The notes below the pieces were generated by a model, which was not told the DNA's origin, did no database searches, and saw nothing but the letters and a program-made list of their open reading frames with translations. DNA of 62,503 nucleotides, the filler included. It is 8 parts of 8 records of this genome, joined end to end, with 100 filler letters (N's around TTAATTAATTAA, not from the genome) between each part and the next. Parts side by side here need not be neighbours in the genome. Positions count along the whole stretch, not along the records: positions 51,087 to 58,008 come from SRR20825010_701; positions 58,109 to 62,503 come from SRR20825010_716; 6 more parts are not named here. The stretch is one strand, 5' to 3'. Positions 51,810-61,013 of this stretch are shown in pieces. The translations under genes were made by a program, and so were the position numbers. The first letter of the stretch is position 1. Every line of letters starts with the position of its first letter.

Positions 51810-52288
51810 CGGCCGGTTTCCGCCTCATAATCGCTCAAGCCTTCAGGGTGCGTGCAGGCCTCCGCGTTTTTGGGCATGGTGCCCGGCGGGGCGTAGTTTT
51901 CATCATGTTTGGCAAGCACCGTATCGGCAATGAACACACCGTCTGCAGTGAGCGCACCTTCCGTCACCACGCCTTGGCCTTCGCGGAACAGGTCTGGCAG
52001 CAGGCCCCTGAAACGAACAGGGATGTCTGCGGCGCAATCCGTCACCGTGAACCGGTAGGTGAGATCATCACTTTCACGGCCGAAAGACCCCATGGCCACA
52101 AGCCCGCCAAGACGGAAGCGTTTGCCTGCAACTATTTGTTTTTGCTGCACATCGCTAGGCTGAAGGAACAGGCTGAGGCTGTCACCACCAAGCGCGAATA
52201 TCACCAGCAGGATTGCACCCGCGATGGCTGAAACCGCGAGGGACGCGACCACCAGCCGCTGTTTTTTTCGTGTTTTCAAACCTGCCAT
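51806..52288 (-). CDS. ccmE: Heme chaperone CcmE
   Basis: [24 protein letters not shown]; start trimmed to MAGLK. Confidence 0.95.
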   Translation of the reverse strand: MAGLKTRKKQRLVVASLAVSAIAGAILLVIFALGGDSLSLFLQPSDVQQKQIVAGKRFRLGGLVAMGSFGRESDDLTYRFTVTDCAADIPVRFRGLLPDLFREGQGVVTEGALTADGVFIADTVLAKHDENYAPPGTMPKNAEACTHPEGLSDYEAETGR

Positions 52289-52289
52289 T

Positions 52290-52451
52290 TTACTTGCTCT
52301 TTTGCCGCTTTGGGCGCTGGCGCTCAACATCCCGCAGGGCCGCCTTGTGGGCGCGCAGGCTTAAAAAGGCGAGCCCGGCCAACGCCAGAAAGGTGACCCC
52401 GTAAGCGGACCATATGAAGATAGCATGTTTGCCCATATCAAGTGTGTCCAC
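52290..52451 (-). CDS. ccmD: Heme exporter protein CcmD
   Basis: Not in the ORF track: (VDTLD)MGKHAIFIWSAYGVTFLALAGLAFLSLRAHKAALRDVERQRPKRQKSK*; start GTG 52451 or ATG 52436; lies between ccmC and ccmE. Confidence 0.9.
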   Translation of the reverse strand: MDTLDMGKHAIFIWSAYGVTFLALAGLAFLSLRAHKAALRDVERQRPKRQKSK

Positions 52452-52470
52452 CCAAAAACCCTGCCTTTTC

Positions 52471-53190
52471 CTACGCTTGCACGACTGCAGCGCGCAGTAC
52501 TGATAGCTTGCGCCGGTTAATTTCCAGTTTCATCCGATAGAGAAACACCACAATAAAATACGCCTTGAAGGCAAGAGCGATGGTGAAGAGAGGCCACAGC
52601 ATCGCGGCGTCAATCGTTGGGCCACCCATGCGCATCACACTTGCGGGCTGATGCAGCGTGTTCCACCAATCCACCGAAAACTTGATGATCGGGATATTCA
52701 CCACACCCACGAGCGCGAGGATAGACGCTGCCCGCCCCCCCTTGTCTTCTTCATCCATCGAACGCCAGATCGCCATATAACCGAGATAGAGGAAAAACAG
52801 CACCAGAACCGAGGTTAACCGCCCGTCCCACACCCAGTAAGTGCCCCACATAGGCTTGCCCCACAGCATGCCGGTGATAAGCGCAAGCGCTGTGAAAGTC
52901 GCACCAATCGGCGCTGCGGCCTTACCGGCCAAAAGCGCGAGCGGATGGCGCCACACAAGGGCTGTGAAGCTCGCCGCTGCCACCACCATATAGCTGAACA
53001 TGGCCATCCAGGCGGCAGGAACATGCACATACATGATGCGTACACTCTGGCCTTGCTGATAGTCTTCAGGGCTCGCAAAAAGCGCCAGATAAAGGCCGTA
53101 AGCAAACGCCAGCACCATCACGATTTTCGCGATGGGCAGGATCTTGTCTGCCAGGCGGTTAAACTGGGCTGGATTGGCGAATCTATGCAT
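52471..53190 (-). CDS. ccmC: Heme exporter protein CcmC
   Basis: YVHVPAAW, WGKPMWGTYWVWD.RLT, WWNTLHQ. Confidence 0.96.
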   Translation of the reverse strand: MHRFANPAQFNRLADKILPIAKIVMVLAFAYGLYLALFASPEDYQQGQSVRIMYVHVPAAWMAMFSYMVVAAASFTALVWRHPLALLAGKAAAPIGATFTALALITGMLWGKPMWGTYWVWDGRLTSVLVLFFLYLGYMAIWRSMDEEDKGGRAASILALVGVVNIPIIKFSVDWWNTLHQPASVMRMGGPTIDAAMLWPLFTIALAFKAYFIVVFLYRMKLEINRRKLSVLRAAVVQA

Positions 53191-53288
53191 GGCCCTTACC
53201 TATCCCGAACCGGGCCGGGCGGCAAGTGCGACGTGATGCCTCAGATGGGCGCTATCACCCCCGAATTTACGCCACACTTTGGCAAAAT

Positions 53289-53353
53289 GTGTGCGCGTTT
53301 CTGCGGCGTATGTGTGGCGTGAGTGTGCGCGTTTTTGTGGCATGGGTGTGGCG
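53289..53353. repeat. Degenerate 31-bp direct repeat in the ccmB-ccmC spacer
   Basis: 53289-53319 versus 53323-53353, 26/31 identical. Confidence 0.65.
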
Positions 53354-53358
53354 CGCCT

Positions 53359-54051
53359 CTACTCGAGCGAAAGCCGGAGCGCAGCAGCCGACGCCACCGG
53401 CCCGATAATGAGCGAAACAAGCGTCACCGCCCCCAGAAAAGCAAGGTGCGGATATGGGTCTGTCATGCCCGCCGCCGCATCAATCGCACCAACGCCAAAA
53501 ATCAGCGTCGGCACATAAAGCGGCAGCACGAGAAGCGACATCAGCACCCCGCCCCGGCGCACGGAAACCGTCAGCGCCGCACCAACACTGCCAATCAAGC
53601 TAAGCGCAGGTGTGCCGATAAGAAGCGACAGCACCAGCATGCCAAACGCGTCCACAGATAAGTTCATCAGCATGCCAAGAACGGGGGAAAGCAGCACCAG
53701 CGGCAGCACGGTGGCCACCCAGTGCGCGAGAATTTTTGCCGCCGCCACCCCAAAAAGCCCGAGCGGCGAAAGCGCGAGGTCTTCAAGGCTGCCGTCTTCA
53801 AAATCAGCCTGATACAGCCGATCGAGCGACAACAGGGTCGCGAGCAGCGCCACCACCCAGATCACCCCGGCGGCAATACGCGCCAGCACTTGCGGCTCCG
53901 GCCCCACCCCGAAAGGGAACAGCGTCACGGCGATGAGGAAAAAGCTGAGCGCCATGGTGCCGGTCCCGCCCTGCGACCATGCGAGCCGGATATCCCGCGC
54001 GCAAACACTTTTGAAGATGCCCATCAGGCCCGCACTCATGCCGCCGCTCAT
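53359..54051 (-). CDS. ccmB: Heme exporter protein CcmB
   Basis: LFPFGVG, D.EDGSLE, K..AHW, LPL.VP.LIFG; ATG overlaps the ccmA stop. Confidence 0.94.
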   Translation of the reverse strand: MSGGMSAGLMGIFKSVCARDIRLAWSQGGTGTMALSFFLIAVTLFPFGVGPEPQVLARIAAGVIWVVALLATLLSLDRLYQADFEDGSLEDLALSPLGLFGVAAAKILAHWVATVLPLVLLSPVLGMLMNLSVDAFGMLVLSLLIGTPALSLIGSVGAALTVSVRRGGVLMSLLVLPLYVPTLIFGVGAIDAAAGMTDPYPHLAFLGAVTLVSLIIGPVASAAALRLSLE

Positions 54052-54734
54052 GCCCACATCTCCTCATCCACAGAGATTTTGGGTTGATAGTCTTTGAGGT
54101 TCAGCTCTGTCCCCAAAACCGCAATCGGGTCATGGGTCGCGGCAACAATCATGCCGCCACGGCCAAGGTGCCCCGCCATCAGGCGCTCAAGCGCCTCGCG
54201 GTTTGCACTATCAAGCCCAACGGTAGGCTCATCCATCAGCCAAAGCGGGCGGTGCACCAGCGTAAAGCGCATCAGGCTGGCGCGGTGTTTTTGCCCGCTT
54301 GAGAAAAACCGCGCGGGCTGGTCCAGAAGCCGGGTGAGGTCAAACACTGCTGCAGCCTCATGGGCTGCATCATCGCTCAGGCTCCTGCCGGTCATCAGCT
54401 TTACATAGTATTCTGCGTGTTCCCGAAGCGTCAGCACGGGTTTGAGTGCATTCTCATGGCCCGCGTATATCACCGCCTCTTCCGCGGCGGCGCTGCCCGG
54501 CCGCCAAACACTCTCACCAAACTTCAAGGTGCCTGCGCATGCTGGCGTCAGCCCGGCAATCAGCCGCAACAGAGTTGATTTCCCGGTGCCGTTCGGCCCG
54601 CGCAAGTAAAGCAGCCCGCCACTTTCTAGGCTGAAGGAAAGCCCTTCAAACACGCGCCTGCCACCCCGCGTACACGCGAGGTTTAACCCCATGAGGGCTT
54701 TCTTGTCATAATCCGGGCTATGGGCATCAGTCAT
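54048..54734 (-). CDS. ccmA: Heme ABC exporter ATP-binding protein CcmA
   Basis: GPNGTGKST, GH.NALK..LT, SSGQ, W.MDEP, ATH. Confidence 0.92.
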   Translation of the reverse strand: MTDAHSPDYDKKALMGLNLACTRGGRRVFEGLSFSLESGGLLYLRGPNGTGKSTLLRLIAGLTPACAGTLKFGESVWRPGSAAAEEAVIYAGHENALKPVLTLREHAEYYVKLMTGRSLSDDAAHEAAAVFDLTRLLDQPARFFSSGQKHRASLMRFTLVHRPLWLMDEPTVGLDSANREALERLMAGHLGRGGMIVAATHDPIAVLGTELNLKDYQPKISVDEEMWA

Positions 54735-54899
54735 GGCGGCAACGCTAGCCAATCGCCTGAGATAGCTCAAGAAAAACCGGTGGGCTGGCCAAAGCCGCGA
54801 CACTATGAACCAGCGTAAAAACAGGCGCGAGGATCAGTGCGCTGCTTCTCAATGCCACATACATGCCCTATATATATGCTTAAGGTTGTTAACAGCACG

Positions 54900-54936
54900 A
54901 TTGAGTTCACACTAGAATTCAAAATTGAGTTCACAC
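54900..54936. repeat. 12-bp-period direct repeats upstream of the cls-like gene
   Basis: ATTGAGTTCACAC at 54900 and 54924 with degenerate CTAGAATTCAAA between. Confidence 0.65.
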
Positions 54937-54946
54937 AGGTGCCCGC

Positions 54947-56422
54947 ATGGGCCCTTGGGGGAATATGGACCTGAACGGCACCATATGGCCTGATGGCCTT
55001 TTGATCGCGGGCTTTGTATTTCTGGCGCAAATCTACGCCAGCGTGCATGTGCTCAGAACCCGCGATGATGTGCGCGCCGCCGTCGCCTGGATCGGGCTTT
55101 TGTGGCTCGCGCCCGTTTTTGGCCTCATCTTCTATATGCTGTTTGGCGTGAACCGTATCGAGCGGCAAGCCAAACGCGCCCGCGCCCGCCGCGGCCTGCC
55201 CGCTCGCCGGGACATGATCAGCGATCCTGACGGCCCTTCAATGCTGGATGCAAACCCCGATACACCGCACCGCTGGCAGGCGCACGCGCGCCTCGCGGGT
55301 CGGGTAACGGGCCTTCCCATCACGCTGGGTAACCGCATCACCCCGCTTGAAGGCGGCCGCAAGGCGTATGACGCCATGGTGGACGCCATCGACAAGGCCG
55401 AGCATACAGTTGCACTCACCACCTATATCTTTCAGGCCGACCAGGCCGGCAGGCGCTTTATTGCAGCCCTTGTGCGGGCGCATGAGCGCGGGGTCAAGGT
55501 GCGGGTGCTGGTGGATGCGGTTGGCAACCTTTATGGGCTCAAACCGGTTTCAAACCTGCTCCGGCGCAAGGGCATCAAGGTCGCCACCTTCAACCCGGCC
55601 CGGCTTTCATGGCGGCTGGCGTTTTTCAACCTGCGCACCCACCGCAAGCTTCTGGTGGTGGACGGCTTCAAGGGTTTTGCGGGTGGCATGAACATTCGCA
55701 AACATCACCTGGAGCGGGAGGACGGCACCCCTCGCGTGCGCGACACCCATTTCGCGCTTGAGGGGCCGATTGTGACCCAGATGATGGACGCCTTCACTGA
55801 CGACTGGGCCTTCTCTGCCAAGGAAGAGCTGGACGAAGACACATGGCTGCCCACCGTGGGCGCCACCGGCCCCGGCGTGATCGCGCGTGCCGTACCCGAC
55901 GGGCCGGATGAGCCGCGCCAGCGCTCCGCCATGATCATGGAATCGGCGCTCACGAGCGCGCGGAACCGCGTGCGTATCATCACGCCCTATTTCATTCCGG
56001 AGCAGGCGCTGATTGTGGGCCTCAAGCAAGCAGCCCTCAGGGGCGTGCAGGTGGATATCATTGTGCCCGCAAAAAACAACCTGCCGTTTTTCATGCTCAC
56101 GGCGCTGTCGGGCGCGCGGCAACTGGTGGAAGCAGGCTGTCACCTCTACCTTTCACCACCACCGTTTGACCATACCAAGCTGATGATTGTGGATGAAGAC
56201 TGGGTGTTTTTCGGCTCCTCGAACTGGGACGCACGCTCCCTGAAGCTGAACTTTGAATTTAACCTTGAGTGTTATGACGCTGGTTTCGCCCGCACCATGA
56301 CCGATTGGGTGAAGGACCGCACAGACGCGGCGTTAGAGATGACGCGCGAGGACTTCCGCACCCGCCCGCGCCTGCACCGCGCCATAGGCCGCCTGCTGTG
56401 GCTCACCAGCCCTTATTTGTGA
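54947..56422 (+). CDS. Cardiolipin synthase (phospholipase D family)
   Basis: Two N-terminal TMs; HKD motifs HRKLLVVD and HTKLMIVD; start 54947 or 54965. Confidence 0.92.
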   Translation: MGPWGNMDLNGTIWPDGLLIAGFVFLAQIYASVHVLRTRDDVRAAVAWIGLLWLAPVFGLIFYMLFGVNRIERQAKRARARRGLPARRDMISDPDGPSMLDANPDTPHRWQAHARLAGRVTGLPITLGNRITPLEGGRKAYDAMVDAIDKAEHTVALTTYIFQADQAGRRFIAALVRAHERGVKVRVLVDAVGNLYGLKPVSNLLRRKGIKVATFNPARLSWRLAFFNLRTHRKLLVVDGFKGFAGGMNIRKHHLEREDGTPRVRDTHFALEGPIVTQMMDAFTDDWAFSAKEELDEDTWLPTVGATGPGVIARAVPDGPDEPRQRSAMIMESALTSARNRVRIITPYFIPEQALIVGLKQAALRGVQVDIIVPAKNNLPFFMLTALSGARQLVEAGCHLYLSPPPFDHTKLMIVDEDWVFFGSSNWDARSLKLNFEFNLECYDAGFARTMTDWVKDRTDAALEMTREDFRTRPRLHRAIGRLLWLTSPYL

Positions 56423-56449
56423 AATAGCCAAGCCAATTGATGTCGGTGA

Positions 56450-56476
56450 CTGGACTCCCGCCTTCGCGGGAGTGAC
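56450..56476 (-). repeat. CGTC-type REP / dRS3-like palindrome, copy 1
   Basis: Minus strand GTCACTCCCGC-GAAG-GCGGGAGTCCAG; identical to copy 3. Confidence 0.9.
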
Positions 56477-56585
56477 AATGTTCTCAATCGGCCCCCACGC
56501 TTCAACCAGATGGGCGGCTTAACATGTATGGCTGAAAAGCCTGAGAACCCATCATTCCCACACACCCAAGACCGCACCTTTAAGT

Positions 56586-56656
56586 TTCGTCATTTCCGCC
56601 CCTGTTCGTCATTCCCGCCCCTGTTAGTCATTCCCGCCCCTGTTAGTCATTCCCGC
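56586..56656 (+). repeat. 19-bp tandem repeat of REP left halves
   Basis: TTCGTCATTTCCGCCCCTG, TTCGTCATTCCCGCCCCTG, TTAGTCATTCCCGCCCCTG, then TTAGTCATTCCCGC continuing into copy 2. Confidence 0.9.
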
Positions 56657-56672
56657 GAAGGCGGGAATCCAG
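56646..56672 (+). repeat. CGTC-type REP / dRS3-like palindrome, copy 2
   Basis: GTCATTCCCGC-GAAG-GCGGGAATCCAG; contains ATTCCC-N8-GGGAAT. Confidence 0.9.
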
Positions 56673-56714
56673 AATTTCGTTGATTTCAAGCTAAGTTTTA
56701 CTCACGCTCACCAC

Positions 56715-57008
56715 ATGCAGAAGTCAGGTTTTGTCTATATTCTGGCATCGGAAAAGAACGGTACGCTCTACATTGGTGTGACGTCCGACCTTGTCCGGCG
56801 CATCTATGAGCACAGAACAGACGCCGCGTCAGGTTTCACCAAACGATACGGTGTTAAAATGCTGGTTCATTTCGAACAGTTTAAGGCCATGCCTGCCGCG
56901 ATAACGCGGGAAAAGCAGCTCAAGAAATGGAACAGGGCCTGGAAACTATGGCTTATTGAAGAAGAAAACCCCGATTGGTTCGACCTCTTTGATAAAATCG
57001 CTTCATAG
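56715..57008 (+). CDS. Stand-alone GIY-YIG nuclease family protein (97 aa)
   Basis: FVYILAS..NGTLYIGVT.DL.RR..EH, FT.RY, AI.REKQLK.W.R.WK..LIE..NP.W.DL. Confidence 0.93.
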   Translation: MQKSGFVYILASEKNGTLYIGVTSDLVRRIYEHRTDAASGFTKRYGVKMLVHFEQFKAMPAAITREKQLKKWNRAWKLWLIEEENPDWFDLFDKIAS

Positions 57009-57031
57009 CCAGCCCCACTGTAACCACTGAT

Positions 57032-57059
57032 CTGGACTCCCGCCTTCGCGGGAGTGACG
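57032..57059 (-). repeat. CGTC-type REP / dRS3-like palindrome, copy 3 (full CGTC tag)
   Basis: Minus strand CGTCACTCCCGC-GAAG-GCGGGAGTCCAG. Confidence 0.9.
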
Positions 57060-57125
57060 ACCTACTGTGCATTACTGGTAGTGCCTATTGAATTGGTCAT
57101 CCGCAAAAGCAGAAATCCAAAAAAC

Positions 57126-57644
57126 CTACCCCTCTTTCGGCAGGTATTTGGGCATGCGGTCCTTGATCTCGGCCTTGAGCCCTTCCTCCAGCCCCAGCAT
57201 GAAAAGCACCTCGGCGATGAGGAAGGAGGGGGCCATGAAAATCTGCAAGAGGTTATCAAACAGCGCCGGTTTGCGGCCTTCATATTTGTGGCCCCAGAAC
57301 TGGATGATCCAACCGATGATGAAAAGGGCGAGGAAAGCCTTGAGCGGCACACCATCTCCCATCGCGGCAATCATGGCGGCGGCATACATCAGCGCGCCGT
57401 ATAGAAGCACCGCAATGGTGCCCACCAGCGGCGCGGCGATAATGTAAAACAGCAGCAGCACACCCATGAGGATATTGGCCAGCGTGAAGGTGCCCGCCTC
57501 CAGTGTGATCACCGGCACGGTTGAGGCGATGATCAGCACGGAAAACACAATCATCGGCACGCCAACATGGTGCGTTGCCTGATTGCGGCCATCCCTGTGG
57601 TAAGCCGAATACATGGCCATCTGCTCATAAAACCAGTTTTTCAT
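57126..57644 (-). CDS. Mpo1-like (DUF962) membrane protein
   Basis: Y..YH....N...H..GVP, GWI.QF.GH..EGRKPAL.DNL.Q....P. Confidence 0.88.
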   Translation of the reverse strand: MKNWFYEQMAMYSAYHRDGRNQATHHVGVPMIVFSVLIIASTVPVITLEAGTFTLANILMGVLLLFYIIAAPLVGTIAVLLYGALMYAAAMIAAMGDGVPLKAFLALFIIGWIIQFWGHKYEGRKPALFDNLLQIFMAPSFLIAEVLFMLGLEEGLKAEIKDRMPKYLPKEG

Positions 57645-57786
57645 GGGTTTTCCCTCCCGATACGTGCCCTGAGAATTAAAGTGGACTGACGAGTCTTTAA
57701 AATCAAGCCGTGAAAAGCTGCGCCCGCGCTTTCCCGCATGGCGTTTGGGCCTATCTAACGCGGGAAGGCATCAAGGGAGACCCACC

Positions 57787-58008
57787 ATGGCAGTTTATGA
57801 GACCATCACACTCACACGGGAAGGCAGTGCCGCGATCCTGACGCTGAACCGGCCGGATAATATGAATGCTTTCACCCCCACCATGGCGCGGGAGCTGGAA
57901 GCGGTGTGCGATGTGGTGGATACGGATGACAGCATCCGCGCACTTATTGTCACCGGTGCCGGGCGTGCGTTTTGTGCGGGCATGGACCTCTCCGCCAGCG
58001 GTAACGTA
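57787..58008 (+). CDS. Enoyl-CoA hydratase/isomerase family protein, 5' fragment
   Basis: LTLNRPD.MNAF, TGAGRAFCAG.DL. Confidence 0.9.
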
Positions 58009-58108
58009 NNNNNNNNNNNNNNNNNNNNNNNNNNNNNNNNNNNNNNNNNNNNTTAATTAATTAANNNNNNNNNNNNNNNNNNNNNNNNNNNNNNNNNNNN
58101 NNNNNNNN
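58009..58108. other. Artificial contig spacer
   Basis: Ns flanking TTAATTAATTAA. Confidence 0.99.
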
Positions 58109-59298
58109 GGTTTCTGGAAGCGCCTTATGCCAATATCAAAACCCAGTTGCTGATTTTGTTTTTATTGGCCGTGGGCGCGGCCATGGTGCTGGGCGCCATG
58201 ATGGTGGTGCGTTTAACGTCGGGTATTTTTTATCCACTGCGGCGCATGAACTACATCATGAGTTTGCAGGAGAAGGGCGATGCGGCGGCCCGTGTGGGCG
58301 ATCTTCGGCGTGAAGATGAATTTGCAGACCTGGCCAATCACTTCGATGTGCTACTGGATCAACTGGACGCACGCCGCAGTGAGTTGCTGGGGTTGAATGA
58401 AGAGCTGGATGAGCGCGTGCGCCAACGCACAGCGGATCTTCAGGCAGTTAACCAAAAACTGCATCAGGCAGTGGAACAATTACTGGCCTCGGAAAAACTG
58501 GCGGCAATGGGTCAGCTGACAGCCGGTATTGCGCATGAATTCAACAATCCACTGGCTATCATGATGGGGCATCTGGATTTGATTCGTATCACCCTGAACG
58601 ACCCCGAAAGCATGAAAACCTTGCGCCTGCTCGATGAACAGGTACACCGCATGCGCAATATTGTTCAAAAGCTGCTGCAGTTTTGCCGGCCCGATGAATA
58701 TGCCTCCTACACTGAAGAAGTGAATGTGAGCGACGTGATTCAGGACAGCATTCTTTTCGTGCGCAGCGAAATAGAGGCGGCGCGTGCGCAGCTTAAACTG
58801 GAATTCAATGCGCGCGAAACCGTACAGATCAGCAAAACCGAGTTGCAGCAGGTTATGGTGAATTTGTTGATCAATGCCACGCATGCGCTTGAAGGGCCAT
58901 TTCATGAGCAGGCTGCAGTGCTGGACGAACCGCCGTTGATCTTTGTTGAAACACGCGACATTGCATTGGCAGATGGTCAAAAAGCAGTCAGTATTCGGGT
59001 GCAAAATAACGGTGAGCCGATTGCTCCCGAACGCTTGCAGCTTATTTTTAAAATGTTCTACACCACCAAGCATGCTGGCAAAGGCACTGGGCTTGGTCTG
59101 CCGGTTTCGCGCATGCTGGTGCAACGGTATGGTGGCGACTTGCATGCCAAAAGCCCGGTTGTGCCGGAAAACGCACCGCAATTTGGTGCGTGTTTCGAGA
59201 TTGTTTTGCGCTGCAAGGCCCGCCCATCGGCCGATATTTTGAAAGAAACTGGTCAGCAGATTTTGTTGATCGAGAAGCAACTGTCAGAAGGAAGTTGA
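58109..59298 (+). CDS. HAMP-domain sensor histidine kinase, 5' end missing
   Basis: TM plus HAMP, EKLAAMGQLTAGIAHEFNNPL, NLLINA, FYTTK..GKGTGLGL. Confidence 0.92.
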
Positions 59299-59299
59299 A

Positions 59300-59800
59300 G
59301 TGCCCAAGGTTTTTGGATTTGCCGGTTTTTCCGGCGTGGGTAAAACCACATTGATTGAACAGCTGCTGCCCATCTTGATCGGGGAGGGTGTTCGTGTGTC
59401 CGTCATCAAGCACGCCCATCACGACTTCGACATCGACCGCCCCGGCAAGGATTCTTATCGGCATCGCGAAGCTGGTGCCTATGAAGTGCTGATTACCGCC
59501 AACAAGCGCTGGGTGTTGATGCATGAATTGCGCGACGAGGTTGAGCCCACACTCGAGGAACAGTTGAGCAAGCTCTCGCCCTGCGACCTGGTGATTGTGG
59601 AAGGCTTCAAGCGGGCAGACATTCCAAAAATTGAAATTTGGCGGGAAGCCAATGGCAAGCCCATGTTGCACCCCCAAGACCCCAACATTGTGGCGGTGGC
59701 CTGCGACACGGCGATCGAATGCCGTGGTTTGCCCACCTTGCCCTTGAACGACCCTGCATCTATAGCGCAGTTTATTTTGAAACGGTTTGTGAATGGTTGA
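59300..59800 (+). CDS. mobB: Molybdopterin-guanine dinucleotide biosynthesis protein B
   Basis: G.SG.GKTTLIE, IKHAHHDFDID.PGKDS, VEGFK. Confidence 0.95.
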   Translation: MPKVFGFAGFSGVGKTTLIEQLLPILIGEGVRVSVIKHAHHDFDIDRPGKDSYRHREAGAYEVLITANKRWVLMHELRDEVEPTLEEQLSKLSPCDLVIVEGFKRADIPKIEIWREANGKPMLHPQDPNIVAVACDTAIECRGLPTLPLNDPASIAQFILKRFVNG

Positions 59801-61013
59801 ACTCAATGACCTGCTTGCGCAGGTGTGGCCTTTGGCTGCAAGCAATACGCCGGGAACTGACACAGTGACCCTGAATGCGGCCTTGGGGCGCGTGGTGGCC
59901 AGGGATGTGTTTTCTCAACTGAATGTGCCGCAGCACGACAACAGCGGCATGGATGGTTACGCTGTTCGCTGCGCAGACCTTGCCAAAGGTGTGCAGTTTG
60001 CCGTGTCGCAACGCGTACCGGCAGGTACGTCGCCATTGCCTTTGCAGGCAGGCACCGTGGCAAGAATTTTTACGGGCGCCCCCATTCCTTCGGGTGCAGA
60101 TGCTGTGGTGATGCAGGAAGATGCCAGTGTGCTGGCCGATGGCCTTGTCACCTTCAGTGCTGCACCCACGCCCAATCAATGGATACGCCGTGCTGGCGAA
60201 GACATTGCAAGCGGGCAGGTGGTTGTGCCGAAAGGCACGGTGCTGGACGCTGTTCATGTGGGTTTGCTGGCGTCTATCGGTGTTGATCGTGTGGAAGTGG
60301 TCAAACGCCTGAAAGTGGGTGTGATGGTGACCGGCAGCGAGCTGCAAAACCCAGGCAAGGCCCTGGAAGCAGGGCAAATTTACAATTCCAATGAATTTGT
60401 GTGGTGTGGCCTATTGAAAGCCATGAATATTGAAGTGGAGTCGGTGGGTATTGTGGCCGACAACTTTGAGGCCACATGCAATGCGCTTGAAAGCCTGGCG
60501 CAATGTGATGCGGTGATCAGTTCCGGCGGTGTGTCTGTGGGTGAAGAAGACCACGTGAAACCCGCCATCGAAAAAGTGGGGGAATTGCGCGCGTGGAAAG
60601 TGGCCATGAAGCCGGGCAAACCCATTGCCTTTGGCCACATCAATCGCAAAGGCGGCGGGCAAAGCTGGTTTTTTGGTTTGCCTGGCAACCCGGTGTCCAG
60701 CGCCTTGGCCTTTCAGTTAATCGTGAAGCCTTTTCTTGGGTTGTTGCAGGGGCAAAGCACGCGGCAAGTGGACTGGCGTTTGCGCATGCATCCGGTAAAA
60801 GCCGATTTTGCATGGGCCAAGCCCGATACACGCCGTGAAGAGTTTTTGCGGGTGGATGTACAATCTGGGTGTGCAGGCCTGTTTCCCAACCAAAGTTCGG
60901 GCGTGTTGACATCGCTTGCGCAGTCCAGCGGTTTGGTGCGTCTGGCCAAAGGCCAGGTGGTTGCCCCCGGGGATGTGCTGAATTATGTGTCGTATCAGGA
61001 CTTGATGAAATGA
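59793..61013 (+). CDS. moeA: Molybdopterin molybdotransferase
   Basis: NS.MDGYA, RIFTGAP, SSGGVSVGEED, MKPGKP, GLPGNPVS. Confidence 0.96.
   Translation: MVELNDLLAQVWPLAASNTPGTDTVTLNAALGRVVARDVFSQLNVPQHDNSGMDGYAVRCADLAKGVQFAVSQRVPAGTSPLPLQAGTVARIFTGAPIPSGADAVVMQEDASVLADGLVTFSAAPTPNQWIRRAGEDIASGQVVVPKGTVLDAVHVGLLASIGVDRVEVVKRLKVGVMVTGSELQNPGKALEAGQIYNSNEFVWCGLLKAMNIEVESVGIVADNFEATCNALESLAQCDAVISSGGVSVGEEDHVKPAIEKVGELRAWKVAMKPGKPIAFGHINRKGGGQSWFFGLPGNPVSSALAFQLIVKPFLGLLQGQSTRQVDWRLRMHPVKADFAWAKPDTRREEFLRVDVQSGCAGLFPNQSSGVLTSLAQSSGLVRLAKGQVVAPGDVLNYVSYQDLMK

Noticed and set aside
54905-54932. Alphaproteobacterial LexA box
   Set aside because: The GTTC/ATTC units are separated by 8 nt, not the GTTC-N7-GTTC pattern.
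56586-56672. CRISPR array
   Set aside because: Units are contiguous 19-mers with no unique spacers, and no cas genes are present.
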